A stretch of 64,000 bases of DNA from NCBI GenBank assembly GCA_947454705.1, contig CANGKZ010000002.1, positions 78,882-142,881 of the forward strand, read 5' to 3'. The notes under the pieces were generated by a model, which saw only the letters and a program-made list of their open reading frames with translations, did no database searches and was not told the origin of the DNA. Of the stretch, positions 45,050-53,801 are shown piece by piece (the stretch's first letter is position 1; the number at the start of each line of letters is the position of its first letter). A program made the translations under genes and the position numbers. This stretch comes from Verrucomicrobiota bacterium. Its GTDB lineage: Bacteria > Verrucomicrobiota > Verrucomicrobiia > Limisphaerales > UBA9464.

Positions 45050-45095
45050 AAAACGGCAGTTTGAACCGCAGATGGACGCAGATGAACGCTGATGG
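45050..45095. repeat. family-2 (CAGATG decamer-iteron) element, solo end
   Basis: The sequence is aaaacggcagtttgaaCCGCAGATGGACGCAGATGAACGCTGATGG. A matching outer terminus ttcaactgccgttt lies at 45385-45398. Confidence 0.5.
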
Positions 45096-45155
45096 GCGGA
45101 AGATAAAGCGTTTGATGCGCTTCCTGTTCGCCCACCTGCAGGATGACTCTCAATG

Positions 45156-45177
45156 GCCTCCGGGCTGAGGCTTTTTT
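45156..45177 (+). terminator. candidate intrinsic terminator
   Basis: GCCTC-cgggct-GAGGC is followed by TTTTTT. The stem is short (5 bp). It lies about 310 nt downstream of fabI, inside the repeat nest. Confidence 0.35.
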
Positions 45178-45217
45178 CTCTCTCAACTCCGGATTTCGCC
45201 GACGGGGTCCCTCACAC

Positions 45218-45340
45218 GTTTGGAGTCCCGCGTTTACGCGGCTCTGCGGTTGGACGCGGGGTCATCGACCGGTTGAAAAGCAACCCGCTGCCTCGCTCGA
45301 GACACACCTCCCCGAACCGTCTGAAGACGGGACTCCAAAC
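45218..45340. mobile_element. family-3 small inverted-repeat element (123 bp)
   Basis: The termini are GTTTGGAGTCCCG ... CGGGACTCCAAAC. They share the TTTGGAGT/ACTCCAAA tips of family 1. There is an internal hairpin cccgcgtttacgcgg. Confidence 0.5.
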
Positions 45341-45374
45341 GAATAAGAAACCCCTCGAGGCAGGGTCGGACTCC

Positions 45375-45420
45375 CCTTCAACGCTTCAACTGCCGTTTCT
45401 AGGTTCAACCCTTCAACCTC
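45375..45420. repeat. CTTCAACN arrays (inverted partner of 44872-44912), interrupted by a family-2 terminus
   Basis: The sequence is ccttcaacgcttcaactgccgtttctaggttcaacccttcaacctc. Confidence 0.55.
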
Positions 45421-45427
45421 GGCCTGG

Positions 45428-46237
45428 TCACTTCCCGGAGGTCGACGGAAGCGGCAGTCGCTTGAAGACGATTACGTGCTGGCGGGGGAGAAAATGCAGG
45501 GTCTCCACCCACTCCAGCGGATGCAGGGCCATCTCCTTGCGGACCTGCGCTTCGGTCATTTTGTGGAGGGCCTTGATCGGAACCCAGCGTTCCTCGCCCT
45601 TGTATTCCACAAAGACCAAACGCCCTCCCGGCTTGAGTGATTCGCACAGCTTCTGGATCAATTCATACGGGTGGTCGCACTCGTGGTACACGTCCACGAA
45701 GATCGCCAGATCGATCGCGTTGGCGGGCAGTTTCGGATCGAGCACGGTGCCCTGGATTCCGATCACGTTGGTCACCCCATGCGCGAGCACGTTGGTGCGC
45801 AGGATGGCCAGCATCTCGGGTTGGATGTCGTTGGCATAGACGCGTCCGGTGGGCGCCACCTTGCGGGCCATTCGCCAGCTCAGGTATCCGCTGCCCGCAC
45901 CGATGTCGGCCACGACGTCGCCGGGTTTCAATTTGAGCGATTCAATCAGCCGCGTGGGCTGCTCCTCCTCCTCGCGCTCGGGTCGCTCAAGCCACATCGC
46001 GCCTTGGTGCGACATGAAGTGCGCGATCTCGCGTCCCATGAACCAACGACCGATGCCATCGAACGATCCCGGCCGTTCTTCGTACAACGGATCGGGCCGG
46101 ACGACAGCGGGCTTTTCCGCATCGGCGGCGAAGCCCACCACGGACACGGCGCGCATCAGGGCCAGACATCCCATCAGCAGCATCCACCCGTGAAAGGTCC
46201 GTTCGATCCGGGAGTGGGAGCGGGGGGAAGACTTCAT
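45428..46237 (-). CDS. class I SAM-dependent methyltransferase with an N-terminal signal/anchor sequence
   Basis: It has the motif I string VADIGAGSGYLS, then GRVYANDIQ and LKPGGRLVFVEY. The N-terminus is MKSSPRSHSRIERTFHGWMLLMGCLALMRAVSVVGFAAD. Confidence 0.8.
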   Translation of the reverse strand: MKSSPRSHSRIERTFHGWMLLMGCLALMRAVSVVGFAADAEKPAVVRPDPLYEERPGSFDGIGRWFMGREIAHFMSHQGAMWLERPEREEEEQPTRLIESLKLKPGDVVADIGAGSGYLSWRMARKVAPTGRVYANDIQPEMLAILRTNVLAHGVTNVIGIQGTVLDPKLPANAIDLAIFVDVYHECDHPYELIQKLCESLKPGGRLVFVEYKGEERWVPIKALHKMTEAQVRKEMALHPLEWVETLHFLPRQHVIVFKRLPLPSTSGK

Positions 46238-46276
46238 GGGGCAGGGTGTACCGAAATTGGAACTAATCCGGCCGGG

Positions 46277-47032
46277 CTAACGCGGGCGGGCGCGGCAGGC
46301 ATCGACGAACGCGCTGAACAATCGCGCATGGGCCGGGAGGGTGGGAGCGAGGCGTTCGGGATGGAACTGCACGGAGAGGAACCATCCGTTGGCAGCGGCG
46401 GCGGTGGCGTCCCATTCCATGGCTTCGACAATGCCATCGTCGGCACGGGCCACGGCGCGAAGGCCCGGGGCGGGCTGATTCACGGCCTGGTGATGGGTGG
46501 AGTTCACGCCGAGTTCCGATCCGCCGGCCAGGGTTTCAAGGAGTGAGCCAGGTTCGATCCGCACTGGATGCACGGCTTCGAAGCGTCGGGCCACCTGATT
46601 GTGCTGAACGTTGCCCGGGGCTTCGCTGGGGAGGTCGATGTAGAGCGATCCACCGAGGGCCACGTTGACCAATTGATGTCCGCGGCAGATGGCGAACATC
46701 GGCACGCGACGCCGGAAGGTCTCGCGGATCAGCGCGAGCTCCATGGCATCGCGCATGGGATGATCGAGAAAGCAGGTGGAGCGCAGGGCCTCGCTTACCT
46801 CGGAGCGGTGGAGTGTGGGCTCAATGTCCTCGCCGCCGGTCAGCAGCACGCCATCGGCCTGGGCCACCGCATCGGCAATGGCCTCAAGCTCCGTGACCAG
46901 CGGCAGCGACACCGGGATCCCGCCCGCCTTCAGGATTCCGTCGAGATAAGCGCCGGCGACGCTGATGGACGGATCGGGCATTTCCACGCCGGCCGCCGCG
47001 ATGCTGGGACTGACGAGGATGAGGGGGCGCAT
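46277..47032 (-). CDS. gamma-glutamyl-GABA hydrolase-like class-I glutamine amidotransferase (peptidase C26 family)
   Basis: ORF 46277..47164 trimmed to ATG 47032 (MRPLILVSPS). It has FAICRGHQLVNVALGG (nucleophile Cys), NSTHHQAV and VQFHPE. Confidence 0.85.
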   Translation of the reverse strand: MRPLILVSPSIAAAGVEMPDPSISVAGAYLDGILKAGGIPVSLPLVTELEAIADAVAQADGVLLTGGEDIEPTLHRSEVSEALRSTCFLDHPMRDAMELALIRETFRRRVPMFAICRGHQLVNVALGGSLYIDLPSEAPGNVQHNQVARRFEAVHPVRIEPGSLLETLAGGSELGVNSTHHQAVNQPAPGLRAVARADDGIVEAMEWDATAAAANGWFLSVQFHPERLAPTLPAHARLFSAFVDACRARPR

Positions 47033-47064
47033 GGGATGAACTGAGCTGAGCTGAGCTGGGCAGA

Positions 47065-47346
47065 TCAGAATTTGTGGTCCGGGAATTTCTCGCGGATCAC
47101 GCGGCGGAGGTGCTCGACGAAATCGGGCGGGTGCAGATCGCGCGCGGCGCGGCGTTCCACGCATTCGAGCAGCTCAAGCCAGTCGTTCAGCGGGGGATTC
47201 TTCATCTCGGCCCACTGGATTTCTTTGCCCGCGCGCTTGGGGCGTTCGAAGAACTCCCAGGTTTTGCCGACCCGGTGCGCGAAGACGTGGCGCTTCACGC
47301 CATCCTCGCCGGGGGTCGTCCATCCGATTTCCGCTTTTGATCCCAT
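47065..47346 (-). CDS. small hypothetical protein (93 aa)
   Basis: The ORF sits snugly between ispF and the amidotransferase gene on the same strand, and its amino-acid composition is not GC-noise-like (K, E, W and F rich). No recognisable motif was found. Confidence 0.55.
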   Translation of the reverse strand: MGSKAEIGWTTPGEDGVKRHVFAHRVGKTWEFFERPKRAGKEIQWAEMKNPPLNDWLELLECVERRAARDLHPPDFVEHLRRVIREKFPDHKF

Positions 47347-47389
47347 GTTGATTGGTTGTTCCGAGTCGCTGCTCTTGGCTTGGCTTCGA

Positions 47390-47869
47390 TTACTCCGGCA
47401 GATCCACGCTGGCGACCGCCATGGCGGCGATGCCCTCCTCGCGTCCGAGGAAGCCCATGCGTTCGTTGGTGGTGGCCTTGATGCCGACCTTGTTCACCGG
47501 CAGGCCGAGGGCTGCGGCGACGCGTTCCTTCATCAGGCCGATGTGCGGAAAAATCTTGGGACGCTCCGCGATGAGCGTGGCGTCGATGTTCACGATGCGG
47601 CCGCCGCGGGCTTTCACCTGGCGCGCGGATTCCTCAAGAAACACGCGGCTGGGAGCGCCCTTCCAGCGCGGATCGGTGTTGGGGAAGAAGTGGCCGATGT
47701 CGACTTCGCCAATCGCCCCGAGCACGGCATCCGTGATGGCGTGCGCGAGGGCATCGGCATCCGAGTGCCCATCCAGCCCGCGTTCGTGCGGAATCTCGAC
47801 GCAGCCCAGGACGAGCTTGCGACCTTCCACCAGCGCATGGACATCGTATCCGATGCCGACGTGTATCAT
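47390..47869 (-). CDS. ispF: 2-C-methyl-D-erythritol 2,4-cyclodiphosphate synthase
   Basis: ORF 47390..47899 trimmed to ATG 47869 (MIHVGIGYDVHAL). It has GHSDADALAHAITDAVLGA, ATTNERMGF and FFPNTDPRWKGA. Confidence 0.9.
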   Translation of the reverse strand: MIHVGIGYDVHALVEGRKLVLGCVEIPHERGLDGHSDADALAHAITDAVLGAIGEVDIGHFFPNTDPRWKGAPSRVFLEESARQVKARGGRIVNIDATLIAERPKIFPHIGLMKERVAAALGLPVNKVGIKATTNERMGFLGREEGIAAMAVASVDLPE

Positions 47870-47950
47870 GGGAGCGAGCCTAGGCCGGGACGCGCGCAAA
47901 GTCCATGTCCCCGCCGATCGGATCGCGACTTGAAGCCGCGGCGGGCGGGG

Positions 47951-48868
47951 TCAGGTCCAGCGGAAGCGGTGCCGGCTGGTGTAGTAAATCAGGCCCAGAA
48001 CGCGTGCCTGGACCACGGCGAAGTAGAGGGAGAAGAACCCGTTCAACAGCGCCGACAGGATCCCCAGCCGTGCGTTGGCCACGAGGAGTTGCGCGAGGAG
48101 GTTGAGAACCAGAATCCCGGCAAACAGAAGCAGGGCGCCCGCGTAACGAAACGGGATGGCAGCGATCGACGGGATCACCACCCGCGGGTCCAGACCCACC
48201 AGGGAACTGGTCATGGCCACCGCCAGCAGGGCCATGGGGAGGTAGGCGGCCCCGCCGATGAGCAGCGCAATCGCCAGTCCGGCGCGGGTCGAATCCGGGC
48301 TCCAGGCATTGTAATAAAGAAGAATGGCCCCGGGTCCGAGGCAGACAAAAATGGTCCCCGCCAGATTCAAGCAGGGCCGGAGGAAATCCATCACCCAGGT
48401 GGCAGGGTTGAACGTGGGCCATGCCGGGATCTTGTCCTCCCCCATGGCGCTGGCCTGGACGATTTCCCGCAGCGTGATCAGCAGATAGCCGGAGCAGAAC
48501 AGTCCCACCAGGCCGGTGAACCGGACGAGCACCATGGAGCCCATTCCCAAAAGACTGAAGAACAGCGTGCCGGCAATGAGGATGATAATGCCATCGCCCC
48601 GGAACGGATAGGCCAGCGCACTGATCAGCAGGGGGTCCCGGTCGGTGGTTTCCCCGGAGAATTCGTGGACCGAATTTGGTACGCAGTCCGGGAACAGCTC
48701 CGACAGTGCCCGCCATTCGGGCCAGCCTTCGGTCCAGGCGTGCTGTTCGGGGAGGAAGCGTCCCGATTGCATCCCGGCGATCACTTCGCTCAACGGATAG
48801 GGACCGGTGGGTGCGCCATTCACCAGGATTTGATACACCGGTTCCGCTTCAGGGATGGTCGTGCTCAT
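47951..48868 (-). CDS. GYF_2 (DUF4339)-domain protein with a polytopic membrane C-terminal half
   Basis: ORF 47951..48937 trimmed to ATG 48868 (MSTTIPEAEPVYQILVNGAPTGPYPLSEVIAGMQSGRFLPEQHAWTEGWPEWRAL). About six hydrophobic helices follow. Confidence 0.7.
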   Translation of the reverse strand: MSTTIPEAEPVYQILVNGAPTGPYPLSEVIAGMQSGRFLPEQHAWTEGWPEWRALSELFPDCVPNSVHEFSGETTDRDPLLISALAYPFRGDGIIILIAGTLFFSLLGMGSMVLVRFTGLVGLFCSGYLLITLREIVQASAMGEDKIPAWPTFNPATWVMDFLRPCLNLAGTIFVCLGPGAILLYYNAWSPDSTRAGLAIALLIGGAAYLPMALLAVAMTSSLVGLDPRVVIPSIAAIPFRYAGALLLFAGILVLNLLAQLLVANARLGILSALLNGFFSLYFAVVQARVLGLIYYTSRHRFRWT

Positions 48869-49013
48869 GGGGCTCGGGCGACGGAGCCATCGCACGATGC
48901 ATGGGGTATTCCCGCAAGAACCAAACAGTGTTCCCAATTTTGGTCCAACGACAGATCCGGGTTGATGTCAGTTCTGACTGGGGGAGGATTGGTCCACGCG
49001 GCACGGCCGCGGT

Positions 49014-51314
49014 ATGAGCTCCGTATCCTCCAATTCCCGCGCCAACCCCGAATACGCCCCCTGGCGCTCGCGGCTCGACGCCTGGTTGTCAGCTCCCGTG
49101 AACGGGGCGTCGCTGGCGGTGTTTCGATTCTGCATCGGCGTGATCATGGTGCTTGAGGCCTGGACCTTGTGCGTGCCCTCGGCGAGCACGTTTAACGAGG
49201 TTCCGCTGACCACCTTTTACACCGGGGCGAACCTTCACTTTCGCATCCCGTATCCCTGGTTCGAATGGGTGCCGTTGCTTCCGCCGGTCTGGATCCATGT
49301 GGTGGTGGGGGCGCTGGCCGTCGGGGGCGTTTGCCTGGCCATCGGATTGTTCCACCGCGTGGCGGCGACGCTGGTGTTCCTTTCCTGGGGTTACCTGTAC
49401 GTCGTGGAATCCACGCGGACGTACTGGATGAGCTACTACTATCTGGAGCTGCTGGTGGCGTTCCTGTTGATCTGGATGCCGGCATCGCGGCGGTTCAGCG
49501 TCGATGCGTGGTTGTTCCGGAAGGGCGATTCCCCAACCACAGTTCCGCGTTGGACGCTCGTGCTGCTGCAGGCGCAGTTGGTGGTCACGTATTTCTACGC
49601 CGGTCTGGCCAAGGTGAATTACGACTGGCTGATGGATGGCGAACCGGTTCGTTTCTTCCTCTCGCAGGCGCGGATCGTGTCCGAACTCGGTCCGAAACTC
49701 AGCGCCTCCCAACTGCAGACCCTGCAGGGAATCCTCCACCACCAAGGGCTCGTTTATTTCATCAGCTGGGTCGGAGCGGGCTTTGATCTGGCGATCGGAT
49801 TCCTGCTGCTGGCGCGTCGGACGCGAATCTTCGGGATGATCCTGATCCTGATTTTCCACGGGACGAATCACTTCATTCTGTTCAAGGACATCCACTGGTT
49901 CCCATTCATTGGCATCACCAGTGCGACGATCTTTTTTGATCCCGACTGGCCGGAGCGCGCGTGGCGGTGGCTCCGTTCGCCGCGCGTGGCGAAGCCCGAC
50001 TGGCGATATTTCTTCGCAGGCGGCGTGTTGTTTCCGGGCGTGGGGGCGTCGCTCGGATGGAGCCTCGAACCCACACCTGTGGCTCCAGCCGCTTCTGCTT
50101 CACGCTCAGCGAGCCGATGGATGCTGCCGCTGGTTGCGGGATGGATTGCGTGGCAGTCGATCAATCCGCTGCGGCAATACCTTTCCGGTGCCGACAGCCG
50201 TCTCACTTGGGAGGGGCTGAGCTTTTGCTGGCGTCTGAAGGCCGAGGTGTACCGGTGCATCCCGAGCCAGTATTTCATCGGCGATTCGGGAATCATTTCC
50301 ACCAATGTCGACCGCGGCGTGGACATCCACTGGAACGCCTGGAAGGGCGAGCCGGTGCTGTATCGACGGATGAATCCCACGAAGGTGGACTGGACCGGAT
50401 TGCCGGAGCTGGTGGTGACCTTCGAGCCACAGATCGGCGAACGGATTCTCTTCAATCCCCTGTCCGGATCGATGGTTCCCCACACCGAGCAGGAATCGGT
50501 TCAACGCATTCGACAGCTCTGGCAGGAGCGCTACGGACGCGCGCCGCAATCGATTCGTCGCACCGCAGTCTTGGGCCAGATCACCGACGCCTATGCGGCA
50601 TCGCTTCGGGCCCACGGCGTGGCGGTGGCTTCGCGTGAGGAGGCATTGGAGCGCCTGCAACAAACCATGCGCGAGGGCCGCACTGCGGAGATCCAGCCGC
50701 TGCTGCGCCGGCTTCAACCCTTCGCCCTCGAAGGAGCCACCCCGGTGGCCACGCCCTTGTTCCTGATCGAAGACCCGCTGCTGCTCCCGTTGCAGGCGTC
50801 CACGAATTCTTCCTCCCGATTGCCCCGCGTGAACCGCGCGGCTTGGAAACCCGGAGCGGAAAACCACGGCGGTGGTAGTTCGGGAATTCAGCATTCAGGC
50901 GGGGAACCGATGCTGGTCCTGACCACCGAGACGTTGCTGGAGTCGGGCACGGAAATGCCCGCGGCCTTTTTTCAGGAATCGCAGGATCGACTCGGGGCAG
51001 CGCCGCAGATCCGGTGGAATCCGATGTCCGAACTCACCCAGGAGCTCCGCATGCACGTGAGCCTCCAGCCCTTTTTGTTGCGGCGATATGCGCGTCATGT
51101 GGCGGACCTTTGGGAGAAGGACCACGGGCGACGCCCGGCGGTGTTTGCGATGACCGGAGTGTCGTTGAACGGCCGTCCGGTGCAGCCGGTGGTGGATCCG
51201 AATGCCGATCTCGCGCGGGTCTCGGTGCGTTGGTGGGGGCACAATCCGTGGATCCGCGACCTGGAAACGCCGCGCGTGCCGAAGGGCGGGATTCCGCAGC
51301 TGACCGGGCCTTGA
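49014..51314 (+). CDS. HTTM-domain protein, full-length homologue of vitamin K-dependent gamma-glutamyl carboxylase
   Basis: [24 protein letters not shown] parallels the human GGCX string [38 protein letters not shown] parallels IVYFIAGVKKLDADWV. It has multiple TM helices and a roughly 400-aa C-terminal soluble region; 766 aa. Confidence 0.8.
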   Translation: [766 protein letters not shown]

Positions 51315-51450
51315 AATTGGGGGGCGAGCGTTGCTCGGGCTCGATCCGTTGGAAAACCGGGTTGAAGTCTCCCATTCCTTCCCGATACTCCACGCGACCT
51401 CAACGGGTTGGAATCTTCGGAGCGAATCCCTCGGAACGTCTACGTCTGTC

Positions 51451-52155
51451 ATGCTGGAATGGAACATTCAAAGTCGGGCCCATGCCTGCCACGCCACCGG
51501 TCGCGCCTTTGCCGATGGTGAACCCTGCCACACCGTGCTGGTGTCGGCGGGCCCGTTGTTTGAGCGGTTGGATCTGAGCGAGGAGGGCTGGAAGGCCCAG
51601 AGCGCCGAGATCCTCGCCCGGCCTGATCTCATTTCCCACTGGAAGGGCACCTACCACGCCCCTCCTGCCGCGCCTCCGGAGGCGATTGCCAAGGGCGATG
51701 CCGAGGCCCTGCTGCGCAAGCTGGTGGAGCGTCGCGACGAACGCCACGCCCCGGCCTGCTACATCCTCGCGGTGATGCTCGAACGCAAACGCATCCTCAA
51801 GGTGAAGCAGCAGCTCCGCGAAAACGGCAAGCGCGTGTTCGTGTACGAGCAGTCCCGCACCGGGGACATCTTCGCCATCGTCGATCCCGATCTTCATCTC
51901 GAACAGCTCGAGGCCGTGCAGCGCGATGTGGCCGATCTGCTGGAGAACGGGCTTCCCTCGACCGAGGCTCCCGCCGCCGCAGTTGCAGCGACCGCCACGG
52001 AACCTGCATCCGGATCCGAATCCGAATCTGAACCCGAGTCCGCATTGGCGGAAACGGAAACTGCGGCCGAGGCCGCGGAGGTCGCGGAACTCCCGGTGGT
52101 TGCCGAGGAATCGGCGGCTCCGGCCGGTGAGGTGTCGTCGGTGGCGCAGTCCTGA
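51451..52155 (+). CDS. hypothetical protein with a CxxT..CH N-terminus and a strongly acidic Glu/Ala/Ser tail
   Basis: ORF 51331..52155 trimmed to ATG 51451 (MLEWNIQSRAHACHATGRAFADGEPCHTV). The C-terminal tail is EPASGSESESEPESALAETETAAEAAEVAELPVVAEESAAPAGE. It ends 8 nt before rnc. Confidence 0.6.
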   Translation: MLEWNIQSRAHACHATGRAFADGEPCHTVLVSAGPLFERLDLSEEGWKAQSAEILARPDLISHWKGTYHAPPAAPPEAIAKGDAEALLRKLVERRDERHAPACYILAVMLERKRILKVKQQLRENGKRVFVYEQSRTGDIFAIVDPDLHLEQLEAVQRDVADLLENGLPSTEAPAAAVAATATEPASGSESESEPESALAETETAAEAAEVAELPVVAEESAAPAGEVSSVAQS

Positions 52156-52163
52156 TTCCGTCC

Positions 52164-52913
52164 ATGATTCCCACCGCCGAGCTCGAGACCGCACTGGGTC
52201 ACACCTTTCGTGACCGCCAGTTGCTCATCCTCGCGCTGACCCATCCGTCGCTCGCCCACGAGGCCGGTGTGGGACATCTTCAGCAGCACAATCAACGGCT
52301 CGAATTCCTGGGCGATGCGGTGCTGCAGCTGGTCCTGACCAACGAGCTTTACGCCCGATTTCCCGCGCACGGCGAGGGCCCGCTCACCCAGGCCCGTGCG
52401 CAGCTGGTCAATCGCGCCTCGCTCGCCGAGCAGGGGCGCCGCCTCAATCTTGGGCGCTTCCTGATTCTCAGTCGCGGCGAAGATTCCAGCGGCGGTCGCA
52501 CGCGCAATTCCACGCTGGCCGATGCCTTTGAAGCCGTGGTGGGTGCGGTGTTCCTCGATGCCGGATACGAGGTCGCCCGCGCCCTGGTGCTCAGCCAATT
52601 TCGCAATCTCTTTGGCGAACTCGGGGAACTTCCCAATCTGGAAAACCCCAAGGGCGAACTGCAGGAGCTGCTTCAGGCCAACTCGCCGAATCCGCCCGGA
52701 TACGAGCAAATCTCGGTCGAAGGCCCCGACCACGATCGCCGCTTCGAATGTGCGGTTTATCACGGTGGAGTGGAACTCGCGCGTGGCAACGGTCGAAGCA
52801 AGAAGCTCGCGGAAAGCGCCGCCGCACTCGTGGCGCTGCAAAAGATCAAGGCGGGTGAGATTCGCGTGAGCACCGGGGCCGGCACTGGAGCCAGTACTGC
52901 GGCGAGCGCGTAG
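52164..52913 (+). CDS. rnc: ribonuclease III
   Basis: It has the NQRLEFLGDAVL signature and ADAFEAVVGAVFLD, plus a C-terminal dsRBD (GPDHDRRFECAVY...GRSKKLAESAAA). Confidence 0.9.
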   Translation: MIPTAELETALGHTFRDRQLLILALTHPSLAHEAGVGHLQQHNQRLEFLGDAVLQLVLTNELYARFPAHGEGPLTQARAQLVNRASLAEQGRRLNLGRFLILSRGEDSSGGRTRNSTLADAFEAVVGAVFLDAGYEVARALVLSQFRNLFGELGELPNLENPKGELQELLQANSPNPPGYEQISVEGPDHDRRFECAVYHGGVELARGNGRSKKLAESAAALVALQKIKAGEIRVSTGAGTGASTAASA

Positions 52914-52922
52914 GATTCCTTC

Positions 52923-53801
52923 ATGGGCGACGCGATTTCATCCCCGCGGGGCCCTCATTCTCTTCGGTCGCGCGTGTGGCGTCTGGCGCGTCTGCCGCTC
53001 GTTGCCTACCTGGGCTTCTGCCTCCTCGTGGCGGTGTTCCAGCGCAGTCTGGTGTTTCACCCGCCTTCGGTTTCCACCGCCGACCTGGAGCGATTCGCCG
53101 CTGAGCGTCGGTTCATCGCCTGGACGAATGCCTCGGGTCTTCGGATTGGCTGGCATCGTCCAGCTCCCCGATCGGGTCACCCTTCCAAGCCGGCTACGGT
53201 CCTCATTGTCCATGGCAACGCTGGCACCGCGGTGGGACGCGAATACCTGGCCGATCCCATCCAGGAAGTTTTTCCAGCCGAAGTGTTCCTCCTCGAATAC
53301 CCCGGCTACGCAGACCGCCCCGGGTCACCCTCGCAGTCTTCGTTCCTCGCCGCCGCTGAGGAGGCGTTTGGCCGTTTGCCGACCGGGGTCCCAGTGTACG
53401 TGGTCTCGGAATCCATCGGAACCGGCACCGCCGCGTGGCTGGCGGGTCGGCATCCGGATCGCGTCGCAGGCCGGTGCTGCCTCGTGCCCTACGACCGATT
53501 GGTCCGCGTGGCCCGGGATCGCATGCCGTGGCTTCCGGTGGAGCTGATGCTGCTCGACCGCTTTCCGGCATCCGACTGGTTGTCCGACTACCACGGCCCG
53601 GTCGCGGTCGGCGTGGCCGGGGAGGATGAAACGATTCGTCCCGCCCGCGGAATCAACCTTCACGACCAGTACCACGGCCCGAAGAAACTTTGGGTCTTTC
53701 CCGGACTTAGCCACAACGAAGCCATCCGGCAGCCCGCTGCATGGTGGCGCGAGGTGGTCCAATTTTGGAACAACCCGCCCGCCACCTCCCCCCGTCCATG
53801 A
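52923..53801 (+). CDS. alpha/beta hydrolase with an N-terminal membrane anchor
   Basis: It has VLIVHGNAG, the nucleophile elbow VVSESIGTG and a C-terminal SHNE. A TM helix (LPLVAYLGFCLLVAVF) is present. Confidence 0.75.
   Translation: MGDAISSPRGPHSLRSRVWRLARLPLVAYLGFCLLVAVFQRSLVFHPPSVSTADLERFAAERRFIAWTNASGLRIGWHRPAPRSGHPSKPATVLIVHGNAGTAVGREYLADPIQEVFPAEVFLLEYPGYADRPGSPSQSSFLAAAEEAFGRLPTGVPVYVVSESIGTGTAAWLAGRHPDRVAGRCCLVPYDRLVRVARDRMPWLPVELMLLDRFPASDWLSDYHGPVAVGVAGEDETIRPARGINLHDQYHGPKKLWVFPGLSHNEAIRQPAAWWREVVQFWNNPPATSPRP

Noticed and set aside
44872-45420. Regularly spaced short repeats as a possible CRISPR array
   Set aside because: The units are 8-10 bp tandem iterons with no spacers, not 25-40-bp repeats separated by unique spacers. 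No cas genes are present in the window.
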